A stretch of 32,650 nucleotides of DNA, from assembly GCA_018303045.1 (NCBI GenBank), contig JAGVYX010000009.1:1-32650 (forward strand), read 5' to 3'. Under the pieces are notes generated by a model. It saw only the letters and a list, made by a program, of their open reading frames with translations, ran no database searches and was not told where the DNA came from. Positions 22,083-31,699 of this stretch are shown piece by piece. Both the position numbers and the translations under genes were made by a program. Position 1 is the stretch's first letter. Each line of letters starts with the position of its first letter. Source of the DNA: Candidatus Woesearchaeota archaeon (GTDB taxonomy: Archaea; Nanobdellota; Nanobdellia; Woesearchaeales; GW2011-AR9).

Positions 22083-25000
22083 CTAAATATTTAAGCTGGT
22101 AACTTTGCTTACTCCGTCTTTCATGCTGATGCCGAATAAAGTGTCAGCTTCGGAAATCAAGGCGTCATTGTGCGAGATGACCACATACTGGGCTTTATTC
22201 GAATATTCCCGGATCAATTTGGATAACCGCTCAGCATTGTGCTTGTCCAGAGCAGCGTCAATTTCATCCAAAATGTAGAAGGAAGCCGGCTGGTATTCCT
22301 GGATCGCAAAGATAAAGGACAGGGCAGTTATGGTTTTCTCTCCTCCCGACAACGATTTGATATCCATGTAGCGGTTCCCAGTTAATTTAACTTTGATGCT
22401 TAGTCCTTCCTCAAAGGGCTTTTCCTTATTGTCCAGCTGCAGGTAAGCGTTGCCTTTGCTAAACAAGGTGGAAAAAATCCTCGTGAAATTTTTATTAGCT
22501 TGCTCAAAGGTCTTCATGAAATGCTCTTTCTTTTTGGTTTCAATTTCATTCATTAAAGTTAGAACATCAGTTTTTTCTTTATACAGGCTGTCTTTTTTTT
22601 CCAATAATTTATTAAATTCAGTTTCTACCTGTTCATAAACCTCTAAAGCCTTCAGGTTTACAGCGGACATCTGGGCCATCATTACTTCATATTTGCTCAT
22701 TTCCGGTTTTAATTCCGCAGCTGTTTTATTTTTTAAAATGGGCGCTTCTTTCACCAGGCTGAATTCTTCCTGCAATCCGGCCAGCTTGGCTTTAATTTCC
22801 GCATTTTTTAAAGAGCATAAATTCAATTCCCGCTCCTGGGCCCTCGTTTTTTCCCGGCAATTCTCGATTTCGTTTTCCGACCGGTTTATTTCGCCGTTTA
22901 ATTTTTCTCTCTGGGCAAATAAAGCCCGATATTTGGAGTAGAATTCCGTGCTGGCTTTCTCCTTATCCTTAAGCGCGGCTTCTTCATCTTTAATGGTGTT
23001 GGTTAAGAGTTTAATTTCCTCATTAAAAGCAACTTCTTCTTTGCCATGCTGTTTCATAATTTCGGCGATTTTTTCTTTTTCCGGAGCCAGCAATTGAATT
23101 TGATGGATATTGTTATTGCGCAATTCGCTGTCGAGTTTAACCAAATCTTCCCGGCATTTTTGCTTGGATTCCTCAAAAGCCTGCAGCTGGGCCAGCAAGC
23201 GGGGATCGCGCAATTCATTTACTTCTGTTCTCAGCAGCTGTTTTCTGCTTTTTAGAGCCGCTAAATCCCGGTTAATGGCCGTGATATCTTTTTGCACATT
23301 GCCCAACTCGGAGTCTATTTCTTTTAGCCGGCCGGCTAATTGTTGGCTTAATTCAGCATTGGCTTCTAAATCGCTGCTTTCCAGATGGAGCGTTTTTTCT
23401 GATTTGATGATTTCCGCTTCCAGTTCGGCTTTCAGGGTTCTTAAACAAGAAATTTCTTGTTCGTTAGCTCTTCTCTTGGTTTCGATATTTAAGATTACCG
23501 ACTGTAATTCGGAGATTTTTGCCTCCATTTTTTCTAAATCTTCAACGGAATCTTTTTCGATAAATCCCAACCCTGCCCTTTTATTGATAAATCCGCCCCT
23601 CATCGCGCCGCTGGCTTCAGAAATATCTCCTTCTAGAGTGGTCATTTTAATTCTTCCGACGCCGATTTTCCTCACGGCATTTAAGTCCTCAACCACTATA
23701 GAGTTGCCAAAAACATACTGAAAGGCAGTTTTAAACTGTGGCTTAAAATTAACCAGATTTAAAGCAAAATCGTGGACTCCGGGCTGTTTCAATAATTTCT
23801 TGTCTTCCTCATTAATCGGCTGCGCCTTTATTTTATTTAAAGGAATGAACGAAGCCAAGCCGCTTTTATTGGTTTTTAAGTATTTAATGCATTCAGCTGC
23901 GGTTTGGTCATCAGCTACTACAATCTGCTGCATCTTGTTTCCGGCAGACATTTCCAGGGCCGTAGCGTATTTCTTATTAGCCTGCCCTAATTCAGCAATG
24001 GTCCCATGAACTCCAGAAAATTGTTTTTTGTTTTCCAGGATGCTTTTTATAGCCTGGTTGCTGGCCAGATGAGCCTGCAGGGACATGGTTTTTGCCTGCA
24101 GCTTGGCTTGAAGATCTTGCTGTTGGATCAAGGACTGTTTAGCCTGGCCGAGCTGGGAAGCAAAACTGCTGTCAGCGTCTAAGCGCTGGTTTAGCTTGAG
24201 TGCGGCATTTTTAAAATTTTTTTTGCAGTCCTGCAGGATTCTGATTTGCTCTTTATTTTGCTCGCTGACTTCTTTAACTTTTTTAATTTTTTCGTTGATC
24301 GTCTGCAGCTGGTATTCGAGGCGGTCTTTTTCACGCAGCAATTCCTGCTGCTTTTGCCGGACGGTTTGTATTTCTTCCTGTTTTTGCTCAATCAACTTAT
24401 CTTTTTCTTCAATTTCCGAATCCAGTTCTTTGGAAGATTCAATGTTATTTTTTTTCTTGAAGGAATCTATATTTTTTTGAAGATCCTGCAATTCTTTATT
24501 TTTTCTGGAAAGGGAATGCTGCAATTCTTTCTGCTGTTGATTATAAGAAGCGCTTTTAGCTTCCAGATCTTTTAGTTCTTGGTTAAACTGGTCTCTGCGC
24601 TGCAGGATTTTATTAATTTCATCTTTAAGCGTGGAGGTTCTGGCTTTATCTTTGGTAATAGATATCTTTAAATCTTCAATTTCTTTATGAACTTTTAACT
24701 GTTCTTTCTCTCCTTTCTGTTCAATTTCCTGATTCATGGAAGCGATTTCGGTTTTAGCTGAAGTTATTTTTTCTTTCAATTCATTAATTCTTTTTTCAGA
24801 TTCAGCAATTCTGCGCTGGCTTTTTCCTAATTCAGTCAAATGCTCGGAATTAGCTGATTCCAGATCCTGAATCCGCAACTGCAAATAAGTTGCTTTATAG
24901 GAATTAATTTTATCCTTAAGATCTTTGAATTTTAGGGCCTGATCGCGGTCCTGTTTCAGTTCTTTGAGATAAACGCTTCTTTCTTTAAGGATAATCTCAG

Positions 25001-25574
25001 CATTATTTAGCTTCTCTTCCACTTTGTTCAGCTCCAGCAGGGATTTGTGTTTTTTATCTTCATAAATGGAAACGTCGCTGATTTCTTCGATAATCTTTCT
25101 CCTTTCCAGCGGAGACATATCCACAAATCTGGTGATATCCCCCTGTAGAATAATATTGTATCCTTCTGGATTAACTCGGGCTAAAGACAAGAGGTCAACT
25201 ATCTCAGTTCTGGTCTGCTTTTTTCCATTTACCCTGTAAGCGCTGCTGCCGTCTTTAGAAATAATTCGGCTGATCACTACTTCTTTCTCATCGAGCGGAA
25301 AGATCTTTTTCTCGTTGGAAAAAGCAATTTCCACGCTGCCAGAGCCTGCTGGCTGCTTGCTTTTCCCGCCATTGAAAATTAAATTTGCGGCTTTCTCAGC
25401 CCGCATGGATTTAGCTGATAACCGGCCCAACACAAAACACAGGGCATCTCCAATATTGGATTTGCCTGAACCATTTGGGCCTAGAATGCAGTTAAATTGG
25501 TCTTTAAATAAGATATCCGTTTTATGGGCGAAACTCTTAAATCCCTGAATAGTTACGCGATTAATTTTAGTCAT
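22083..25574 (-). CDS. smc: Chromosome segregation protein SMC
   Basis: GFKSF, Walker A GPNGSGKS, Q-loop ILQG, hinge GV.G..and GG, LSGGE signature, Walker B LDEIDAALD, long coiled coils. Confidence 0.98.
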   Translation of the reverse strand: MTKINRVTIQGFKSFAHKTDILFKDQFNCILGPNGSGKSNIGDALCFVLGRLSAKSMRAEKAANLIFNGGKSKQPAGSGSVEIAFSNEKKIFPLDEKEVVISRIISKDGSSAYRVNGKKQTRTEIVDLLSLARVNPEGYNIILQGDITRFVDMSPLERRKIIEEISDVSIYEDKKHKSLLELNKVEEKLNNAEIILKERSVYLKELKQDRDQALKFKDLKDKINSYKATYLQLRIQDLESANSEHLTELGKSQRRIAESEKRINELKEKITSAKTEIASMNQEIEQKGEKEQLKVHKEIEDLKISITKDKARTSTLKDEINKILQRRDQFNQELKDLEAKSASYNQQQKELQHSLSRKNKELQDLQKNIDSFKKKNNIESSKELDSEIEEKDKLIEQKQEEIQTVRQKQQELLREKDRLEYQLQTINEKIKKVKEVSEQNKEQIRILQDCKKNFKNAALKLNQRLDADSSFASQLGQAKQSLIQQQDLQAKLQAKTMSLQAHLASNQAIKSILENKKQFSGVHGTIAELGQANKKYATALEMSAGNKMQQIVVADDQTAAECIKYLKTNKSGLASFIPLNKIKAQPINEEDKKLLKQPGVHDFALNLVNFKPQFKTAFQYVFGNSIVVEDLNAVRKIGVGRIKMTTLEGDISEASGAMRGGFINKRAGLGFIEKDSVEDLEKMEAKISELQSVILNIETKRRANEQEISCLRTLKAELEAEIIKSEKTLHLESSDLEANAELSQQLAGRLKEIDSELGNVQKDITAINRDLAALKSRKQLLRTEVNELRDPRLLAQLQAFEESKQKCREDLVKLDSELRNNNIHQIQLLAPEKEKIAEIMKQHGKEEVAFNEEIKLLTNTIKDEEAALKDKEKASTEFYSKYRALFAQREKLNGEINRSENEIENCREKTRAQERELNLCSLKNAEIKAKLAGLQEEFSLVKEAPILKNKTAAELKPEMSKYEVMMAQMSAVNLKALEVYEQVETEFNKLLEKKDSLYKEKTDVLTLMNEIETKKKEHFMKTFEQANKNFTRIFSTLFSKGNAYLQLDNKEKPFEEGLSIKVKLTGNRYMDIKSLSGGEKTITALSFIFAIQEYQPASFYILDEIDAALDKHNAERLSKLIREYSNKAQYVVISHNDALISEADTLFGISMKDGVSKVTSLNI

Positions 25575-25946
25575 TTTTATATAGATAAAGCACTAAATAT
25601 TCGTACATTTCATAGTACATTCCAATATCGTTTGTCACTAAATTTTATACCAAAATTTAGTGCCTACACTATACCTAGAAGGTTTCATTTTTTGTTTATA
25701 AACTTTTGCCTTTAACAAAAAGACGGGGAAGAACAGTAATTTTTAAGCAGAAATTATTTTTGTTGGGCTGAATCTTGCGAATCGGAAGTTTTACAGCAAT
25801 TTAATGCTAACCACATGGATTTTCTAAGCCAAACTCCTCTTATTGTCGCATTCGCCCAACAGCTAAATCTATAGTTAAGAGAATTTATAATTGTTTCTTA
25901 CCACTTCGGGTAAATAAAAAAGTAAAAATGAGAAAATTTAAAAAAA

Positions 25947-26702
25947 TTAACCTTTTAAATTAAGGTCTTTCTGCGCTGAAGCCATGGCTTTGGGCACTTC
26001 TTCATCATTGTTGAACAAGATGACTCTTACAGTAACGCTTTCCAAATTTCCAGCTTCTTTTTCATTGTAGCCGAAAGGTTTGTCCAAAGTCACTTTGCCA
26101 GACTGAGTTTCACCGGATCTTATCATCTGTAATTCAGAAGAAAGAGTAGCTTTTTTCTCTACATCTTCATAACCTTCGACCATGATTAAAAAATATCCCG
26201 GAGTTATTGAACCAGGTTCACCGTTAATGATCGAATAATCCAAAGCAATAATTTTTCCCCACGTATCCTGCCATTGCACTTCGAGGTCATTTAAGCTGAT
26301 TTTAGTGTTTTTATAAGTTTCAACAACCGGTTCATTGCTTTTATCTTCAACTGCTGGTTCAGATTCCTCTTTTAATTTGGTTTTTGGTTCTGTTACTGTT
26401 TCTTCTGGAAGAACTTCCTTGGGCTGGGATGGTTCTACTACTGCTTCCGTGGTGGTTAATCCAGTAAGCTCAAAATTGTTAGCGCTTAATCTTCCCAGAA
26501 AGAATACTGCTAGCAACACAACTACCACTAAGCCTACGCGGCCGATACGGCCTGGATTCAGCTTAATGCGTATTTCCCGGTCCTTTCCCGGACGCGAATT
26601 ATCTCTGGTTTCCCGAACGGGCTTGACTTCATCCCTGTTTTCCCGGAAGGGTTTTATTGGTCTGGAAACCTGCACACCATCTTCTTCAAATCCTCTTGCC
26701 AT
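25947..26702 (-). CDS. Membrane-anchored exported protein (TM helix, Pro/Glu-rich linker, beta-rich domain)
   Basis: VGLVVVVLLAVFFLG helix followed by LTG; AGGAGTGA SD. Confidence 0.8.
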   Translation of the reverse strand: MARGFEEDGVQVSRPIKPFRENRDEVKPVRETRDNSRPGKDREIRIKLNPGRIGRVGLVVVVLLAVFFLGRLSANNFELTGLTTTEAVVEPSQPKEVLPEETVTEPKTKLKEESEPAVEDKSNEPVVETYKNTKISLNDLEVQWQDTWGKIIALDYSIINGEPGSITPGYFLIMVEGYEDVEKKATLSSELQMIRSGETQSGKVTLDKPFGYNEKEAGNLESVTVRVILFNNDEEVPKAMASAQKDLNLKG

Positions 26703-26782
26703 AATAATATCACTCCTTTTAGATAATAGGTTAGAGTAAAATTTTAGGATATATAAAGATAACGGTGATTGAAGAATTATAG

Positions 26783-26812
26783 AAATGCACCCGCCTGGAT
26801 TCGAATCCGGTC
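26783..26812 (-). repeat. Degenerate duplicate of the tRNA-Gly(TCC) 3' end (att-like)
   Basis: AAATGCACCcGCCtGGATTCGAAT matches 27623-27646 at 22/24 positions in direct orientation. Confidence 0.88.
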
Positions 26813-26883
26813 TTTGAAAATATACTTACAATATTGACAATCTTTAATAATTTAATCTATTCATTCATACATAACTTTCTGAT

Positions 26884-27624
26884 ATGAATAAACAAAGATT
26901 AAATTCAACAGAATTAGACCAAATATCTACTTTAATTCTTAGTGGTTTTTCCTTAAAGACTATAGCAAATAAGCTTAATAAGAGTAAAACTACAATTTAT
27001 TATCATTTTAGAAAAGTTAAGGGTAAAACTATTATTCCTCTAACAATAAATCGATTAAACGACGAGTTGATTGGTGAATTTATCGGTTTATTCGCCGGTG
27101 ATGGTTCTTTTTACAAGACTAAAGATTATAAATATAAAATAAGGCTTCATTTTAGTTGCAGAGACCAGAATTATGTTGATAATTTGATCAAGAACGTATT
27201 AGTCCCCTTATTTAATAAAAAACCAATGCAATTTTTAGAAGAAAATAGACTTAATTTATGCTATAATTCTAAGGAACTTTATGGATTTATCAAACAGTAC
27301 TTGCTTTGGGATCATCATTTAAAGAAAACGTATACAGTTAGACTTATTTCAAATAATTATTCAAAGAAATTTTTAATTGGTTTTATTAGAGGTAGTTTAG
27401 ATAGTGATGGTCATTTTTCATCTGATAAAATTTCCTTTGCAACAGTTTCAACTAATCTTAAAGATAACATTATTTCTGCTTTAAAAATTTTAGATTTAAC
27501 CTATTCTGTTGGGTATTATGTTGATAAAAGACCTAATCGGGTTGGAATTTATCATATTAATATCCCCAAGGGAGAACATCCTAAGTTTATATCATTGATA
27601 AAACCAAGAAATATGAGGAGCTAA
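26884..27624 (+). CDS. Free-standing double-motif LAGLIDADG endonuclease-family protein with N-terminal HTH
   Basis: Motifs FIGLFAGDGS and FIRGSLDSDG; HTH-like SLKTIANKLNKSKTTIYYHF; no intein splice junctions; visibly more AT-rich than neighbours. Confidence 0.88.
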   Translation: MNKQRLNSTELDQISTLILSGFSLKTIANKLNKSKTTIYYHFRKVKGKTIIPLTINRLNDELIGEFIGLFAGDGSFYKTKDYKYKIRLHFSCRDQNYVDNLIKNVLVPLFNKKPMQFLEENRLNLCYNSKELYGFIKQYLLWDHHLKKTYTVRLISNNYSKKFLIGFIRGSLDSDGHFSSDKISFATVSTNLKDNIISALKILDLTYSVGYYVDKRPNRVGIYHINIPKGEHPKFISLIKPRNMRS

Positions 27625-27625
27625 A

Positions 27626-27771
27626 TGCACCGGCCGGGATTCGAATATCCGAACGCCGCTCCTCGAAGCGTTTCCCGGATCATCGGCTGACTTCTGGATA
27701 ATGGAAGGCCGACATTTGCTCGTTCCAATGCCATTAACAAATGGAACTACTAGCCGTTATACTACCGGTGC
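27626..27771 (-). tRNA. tRNA-Gly(TCC) with three introns: 23/24 (33 nt, 27716-27748), 37/38 (13 nt, 27689-27701), 53/54 (28 nt, 27646-27673)
   Basis: Removing the three inserts gives a 72-nt cloverleaf GCACCGG..TCGGC-CTTCCAA-GCCGA-TGAT-CCGGG-TTCGAAT-CCCGG-CCGGTGC-A. Each insert has BHB geometry, e.g. TCCG/CGGA with GG|A and TA|T. Confidence 0.93.
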
Positions 27772-27885
27772 TTAATCAGTTATTTAAAGAGATTCTTTAT
27801 TAAATTTTTGGTGCTTTGTAATACTTCACTATTCTGAAGCCGCTTAATTATATTTTAGGAGTATTGAAAAGCTTATTTACTTGTG

Positions 27886-27904
27886 TTAGCTACTTTGTAG
27901 CTAA
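27886..27904. promoter_or_regulatory. Perfect inverted repeat TTAGCTAC-TTT-GTAGCTAA, candidate operator
   Basis: Lies between a BRE/TATA-like GAAAAGCTTATTTA and ATG 27905. Confidence 0.55.
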
Positions 27905-27985
27905 ATGAAAAAAGAGGTCAAAATAGAATTATTGGGCTTTGAAATGCTTGAAAAGCAAGTAAACCAAAGTGGAAACAGTGGTCGA
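27905..27985 (+). pseudogene. Truncated DUF2080-like (transposase-associated, AbrB-like) gene
   Basis: Reads MKKEVKIELLGFEMLEKQVNQSGNSGR, matching the family's EK.V..SGNSGR pattern, but the expected IYLP..W.G tail is missing and the frame runs into antisense dnaJ. Confidence 0.65.
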
Positions 27986-28007
27986 CACCTGATAGATAAT
28001 CGGTTTT

Positions 28008-29123
28008 TTACCCAAACATCATCTTCAAAAAACTCTTCATCGGCTTTTCTTCGTGAAGCTGTTTAATTAAATCAATTTGTTTTTTGCTTAATTTGTCTGG
28101 CACTTCGATTCTTACGGCAACCAGCTGGTCTCCGCGGCGCGGACTGTTAACCGCAGGCAGCCCTTTCTCTCTCATCCTTAAAATAGTTTCAGACTGGGTT
28201 CCCGGCGGTATTTTTAATCTGGCTGACCCGTTGATGATAGGCACTTCAATTTCATCTCCCAGAACGGCCTGGGTGAAAGAAATAGGTATTTTAATCTGAA
28301 TATCCTCGCCTTCTCGAGTGAATATCGGATGCTCTTTAACCTGAATCTCCACATATAAATCTCCATTGGAGCCGCTTCGCTCTCCGGCTTCGCCTTCTCC
28401 TGGCACGCGCAGTTTCATTCCCTCCTCTACTCCGGGTGGAATTTTAACCGCTAATTCTTTTCTTTTTCTTACCAGTCCTTCGCCGCCGCAGGCAGGGCAG
28501 GAGTCCTGAGGCAATTCGCCCTTGCCGTGGCAATAAGGGCAGGGCCCAGTTTGCTGGAAAATGCCAAACACGGTTCTTTCCACTCGCTTCAAATATCCAG
28601 AGCCTTGGCAGTGAGGGCATTTCTCAAACTGCTGCGCTCCCTTGCCGCGGCACTTTTCGCAATTCTCCAATTTGTTTAAATGAATCGTTTTGCTGGTTCC
28701 TTCCGCTACTTCTTCTAAAGTTACTTCCAGTTCATACAATAAGTCCGAGCCTCTTCTAGCTCTGGAGCTTCTGGTTTGCCCGCCGCTAAATAACTGGTCA
28801 AAAATGTCTTCAAAATTGCCAAAAGCCCCGGATCTGAATTGCGACATGATGTCGGAAAAATCGAAGCCCGGATGAGCGCCAGAGCCGCCCTGGAAAGCCG
28901 AGCTGCCGAACTGGTCGTATTGCTGCCGCTTTTTATCGTCTCCTAAAATGGAAGCAGCTTCATTTATTTCTTTAAATTTTTCTTCATACTCCTTTTTCTT
29001 GTCTTCTGGAGCGCGGTCAGGGTGATATTTTAAGGCCAGCTTTTTGTAAGCTCTTTTAATCTCTTCTTTAGCGGCATTTTTATTCACTCCCAGAATTTGA
29101 TAGTAATCTTTGGTTCCGGCCAT
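28008..29123 (-). CDS. dnaJ: Chaperone DnaJ
   Basis: J-domain HPD, G/F region, four CxxCxGxG repeats. Confidence 0.98.
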   Translation of the reverse strand: MAGTKDYYQILGVNKNAAKEEIKRAYKKLALKYHPDRAPEDKKKEYEEKFKEINEAASILGDDKKRQQYDQFGSSAFQGGSGAHPGFDFSDIMSQFRSGAFGNFEDIFDQLFSGGQTRSSRARRGSDLLYELEVTLEEVAEGTSKTIHLNKLENCEKCRGKGAQQFEKCPHCQGSGYLKRVERTVFGIFQQTGPCPYCHGKGELPQDSCPACGGEGLVRKRKELAVKIPPGVEEGMKLRVPGEGEAGERSGSNGDLYVEIQVKEHPIFTREGEDIQIKIPISFTQAVLGDEIEVPIINGSARLKIPPGTQSETILRMREKGLPAVNSPRRGDQLVAVRIEVPDKLSKKQIDLIKQLHEEKPMKSFLKMMFG

Positions 29124-29125
29124 AA

Positions 29126-29776
29126 TTAAACGCTCCGCCGAATGGCTTCGTTCAGCCGAATGCTTCGTTCAGCTTCCATAGCTTCCTTTAATTGGCAAGG
29201 CTCTAAATCCAGCCTGGCGAAAATGTTCTGTTCAACTATTTTGTTTCGGTCCAAGGCTTTTCTCCATAGCTTATTTTTGCTTATGTAAACTTCAGCAAAA
29301 TAAGCGAATCGCTCTTCTAAAGACACTATTTGCTCTTTAAAGATTCGGTAATCAACATAAGTAATTAAGGCTTCTTCAATGGTTCTATCAGTTATATGCA
29401 GATCGCCTTCATGCAACAGTGTCAAGGCTAATTCGGGGAATCTGTCTTTAAATATTTCGTAAGCAATCTTGGTTTCATGCTGGCCGGGAAATTCTTTCCT
29501 TAACTTTTCCCGCATAGCCAATTCCTCTTTGCTGAAAACAATCTGATGATGCTGATTTGGTTTAGGATCTTTAATTCCAGCCATCTTAAACAAATCGTGA
29601 AGCAAAGCCGCAGCTTGCACCAATTCGATGTTGATTTTGACTCCCGAATTTTTAAGCTTCCCAGCCAGAAAGACCGCTACTTCCTGCACTTTTAAGCAAT
29701 GCCGTTGGATATTTTCAGGCACTTTATATTCTTCAAAATAATCTAGGCATTGCTGCTGCGTAGGTAATTTAATCAT
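29126..29776 (-). CDS. HD-domain protein (HDIG-like)
   Basis: HCLKV..VA, AALLHDL, HE, YVD motifs. Confidence 0.88.
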   Translation of the reverse strand: MIKLPTQQQCLDYFEEYKVPENIQRHCLKVQEVAVFLAGKLKNSGVKINIELVQAAALLHDLFKMAGIKDPKPNQHHQIVFSKEELAMREKLRKEFPGQHETKIAYEIFKDRFPELALTLLHEGDLHITDRTIEEALITYVDYRIFKEQIVSLEERFAYFAEVYISKNKLWRKALDRNKIVEQNIFARLDLEPCQLKEAMEAERSIRLNEAIRRSV

Positions 29777-29849
29777 TGATGGGGCTTTAGGGTTTTTTCT
29801 GTATCAGGAAGTTTATAATAAAAAAATTAAAAGTCAAAACAGACTTTCT

Positions 29850-31694
29850 TTATTTTTTATCTTTCTCTTCGAATTCGGCATCTACAACTGTATCATCCTT
29901 TTTATGGCTTTTCTTTCCTTTAGGCTGAGACTGAGCCTTGGCTGCGGCTTCCTGATACATTTTAGCGCCAATCTCCTGAGCCGTTTTGTTCAGCTCGCTG
30001 ATTTTTTGATTGATTTGATCCACATCTCCGGATTTTCTGGCTTCTTCCAACTCTTTGATTCCAGAATCCAATTTTTTCTTGGTTTCCGGATCAATGTTGT
30101 CTTTAAACTCGCCCATCATTTTCTTGGTTTGATAAACGACCGATTCAGCAGTGTTTTCGGCTTCGATCTTGGCTTTGCGCTTTTTGTCTTCAGCTTCGTT
30201 CTTTTGCGCATCTTCTTTCATTTTTTCAATGTCCGTTTTGCTTAAAGTTGTTGACCCGGTAATCTGGATTTTGTGTTCTTTTCCGGTGCCCAGATCCTTG
30301 GCTGAAACATGGACTATGCCGTTGGCGTCAATGTCAAAGGTAACTTCAATCTGCGGCACGCCGCGCGGAGCTGGCGGAATGCCCATCAAGTCAAACTGGC
30401 CCAGCAGTTTATTGTCGGTAAACATGGATCGCTCTCCCTGCCCAACCCGAATCGTTACCGCAGACTGGTTATCGGCGGCTGTGGAAAAGATCTGCGACCG
30501 CTTGGTGGGAATGGTGGTATTTCTTTCAATTAATGCCGTGAAAACTCCGCCTAAGGTTTCAATGCCTAAACTTAAGGGGGTTACATCCAATAGCAAAATA
30601 TCTTTAACATCCCCGGACATTACTCCGGCCTGAATGGCCGCTCCAATGGCTACAGCTTCATCCGGATTAACTGATTTATCCCCGTCTTTGCCGGTTAATT
30701 TTTTAACTAATTCCTGAACCACGGGAATCCTGGTAGATCCGCCGACGAAAATTACTTTGTCAATATCCTCATTAGACATGCCGGCGTCTTTTAAAGCGCT
30801 TTTAACCGGGCTTTCTAATCTTCTTAGAATATCTGAAATTAAATCCTCAAATTTGGCTCGCGATAATTCTTCTTTAATGTGTTTAGGGCCATGCTGGTCG
30901 GCAGTAATGAAAGGTATGCTGATTTCCACTTTGGTTTTAGTAGATAATTCAATTTTAGCTTTTTCCGCCGCTTCCTTCAGCCTTTGCGCGGCAGTAGGGT
31001 CATTGTTTAAATTGATGCCCGTAGACCGTTTGAAATTATCAGCCAGATATTTGATAATTATTTCATCAATATCATCTCCGCCTAACTGGTTGTCTCCACT
31101 GGTGGATTTTACTTCAAATACGCCGCCTCCCAGCTCCAGGATGGAAACGTCAAAAGTGCCTCCGCCAAAGTCAAAAACTAAAATGGTATGCTCTTTTTCC
31201 TGTTTATCTAACCCGTAAGCCAAAGCTGCGGCGGTAGGCTCGTTAATAATTCTTAACACGTTTAATCCGGCAATTTCCCCGGCATTTTTAGTAGCCTGGC
31301 GCTGCGCGTCGTTAAAGTAAGCTGGAACGGTAATTACGGCATTTCTGACCGGCTGGCCGAGATAAGCTTCAGCATCTTTCTTCAGCTTCTGCAGAATCAT
31401 GGCGGAAATTTGTTCGGGGCTGTAATCTTGTCCGTCAATTTCAATTTTCTCGTTAGTCCCCATTTTTCTCTTGATAGACCTGATGGTATGAGCTGGGTCT
31501 ACGATGGCCTGATTTCGGGCTACCTGCCCGACAATAACTTCATCATCTTTAAGATGCACCACGCTAGGTGTAGTTCTGGTGCCTTCGGCATTAGAAATAA
31601 TGGCCGGTTTGCCTCCTTCCAGCACTGCTGTTGCGGAAAAAGTTGTGCCTAAATCTATTCCTATAGTTGCTCCACTTGCATTTTTTGTTGCCAT
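29850..31694 (-). CDS. dnaK: Chaperone DnaK (Hsp70), archaeal/Gram-positive type lacking the ~24-aa insert
   Basis: [40 protein letters not shown] motifs. Confidence 0.99.
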   Translation of the reverse strand: MATKNASGATIGIDLGTTFSATAVLEGGKPAIISNAEGTRTTPSVVHLKDDEVIVGQVARNQAIVDPAHTIRSIKRKMGTNEKIEIDGQDYSPEQISAMILQKLKKDAEAYLGQPVRNAVITVPAYFNDAQRQATKNAGEIAGLNVLRIINEPTAAALAYGLDKQEKEHTILVFDFGGGTFDVSILELGGGVFEVKSTSGDNQLGGDDIDEIIIKYLADNFKRSTGINLNNDPTAAQRLKEAAEKAKIELSTKTKVEISIPFITADQHGPKHIKEELSRAKFEDLISDILRRLESPVKSALKDAGMSNEDIDKVIFVGGSTRIPVVQELVKKLTGKDGDKSVNPDEAVAIGAAIQAGVMSGDVKDILLLDVTPLSLGIETLGGVFTALIERNTTIPTKRSQIFSTAADNQSAVTIRVGQGERSMFTDNKLLGQFDLMGIPPAPRGVPQIEVTFDIDANGIVHVSAKDLGTGKEHKIQITGSTTLSKTDIEKMKEDAQKNEAEDKKRKAKIEAENTAESVVYQTKKMMGEFKDNIDPETKKKLDSGIKELEEARKSGDVDQINQKISELNKTAQEIGAKMYQEAAAKAQSQPKGKKSHKKDDTVVDAEFEEKDKK

Positions 31695-31699
31695 TTTGA

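Larger units (their letters stand above)
26783..27646. mobile_element. Putative tRNA-associated LAGLIDADG cassette bounded by tRNA 3'-end direct repeats
   Basis: A single endonuclease ORF lies between two copies of the tRNA 3' end; no integrase or transposase. Confidence 0.65.

Noticed and set aside
26783-26812. 3' half of a trans-spliced split tRNA
   Set aside because: The T stem is mispaired, no complementary leader is evident, and the full gene lies nearby.
26884-27624. LAGLIDADG ORF as part of an intein or a tRNA intron
   Set aside because: No host extein or Cys/His-Asn splice motifs; the ORF is outside and antisense to the complete tRNA.
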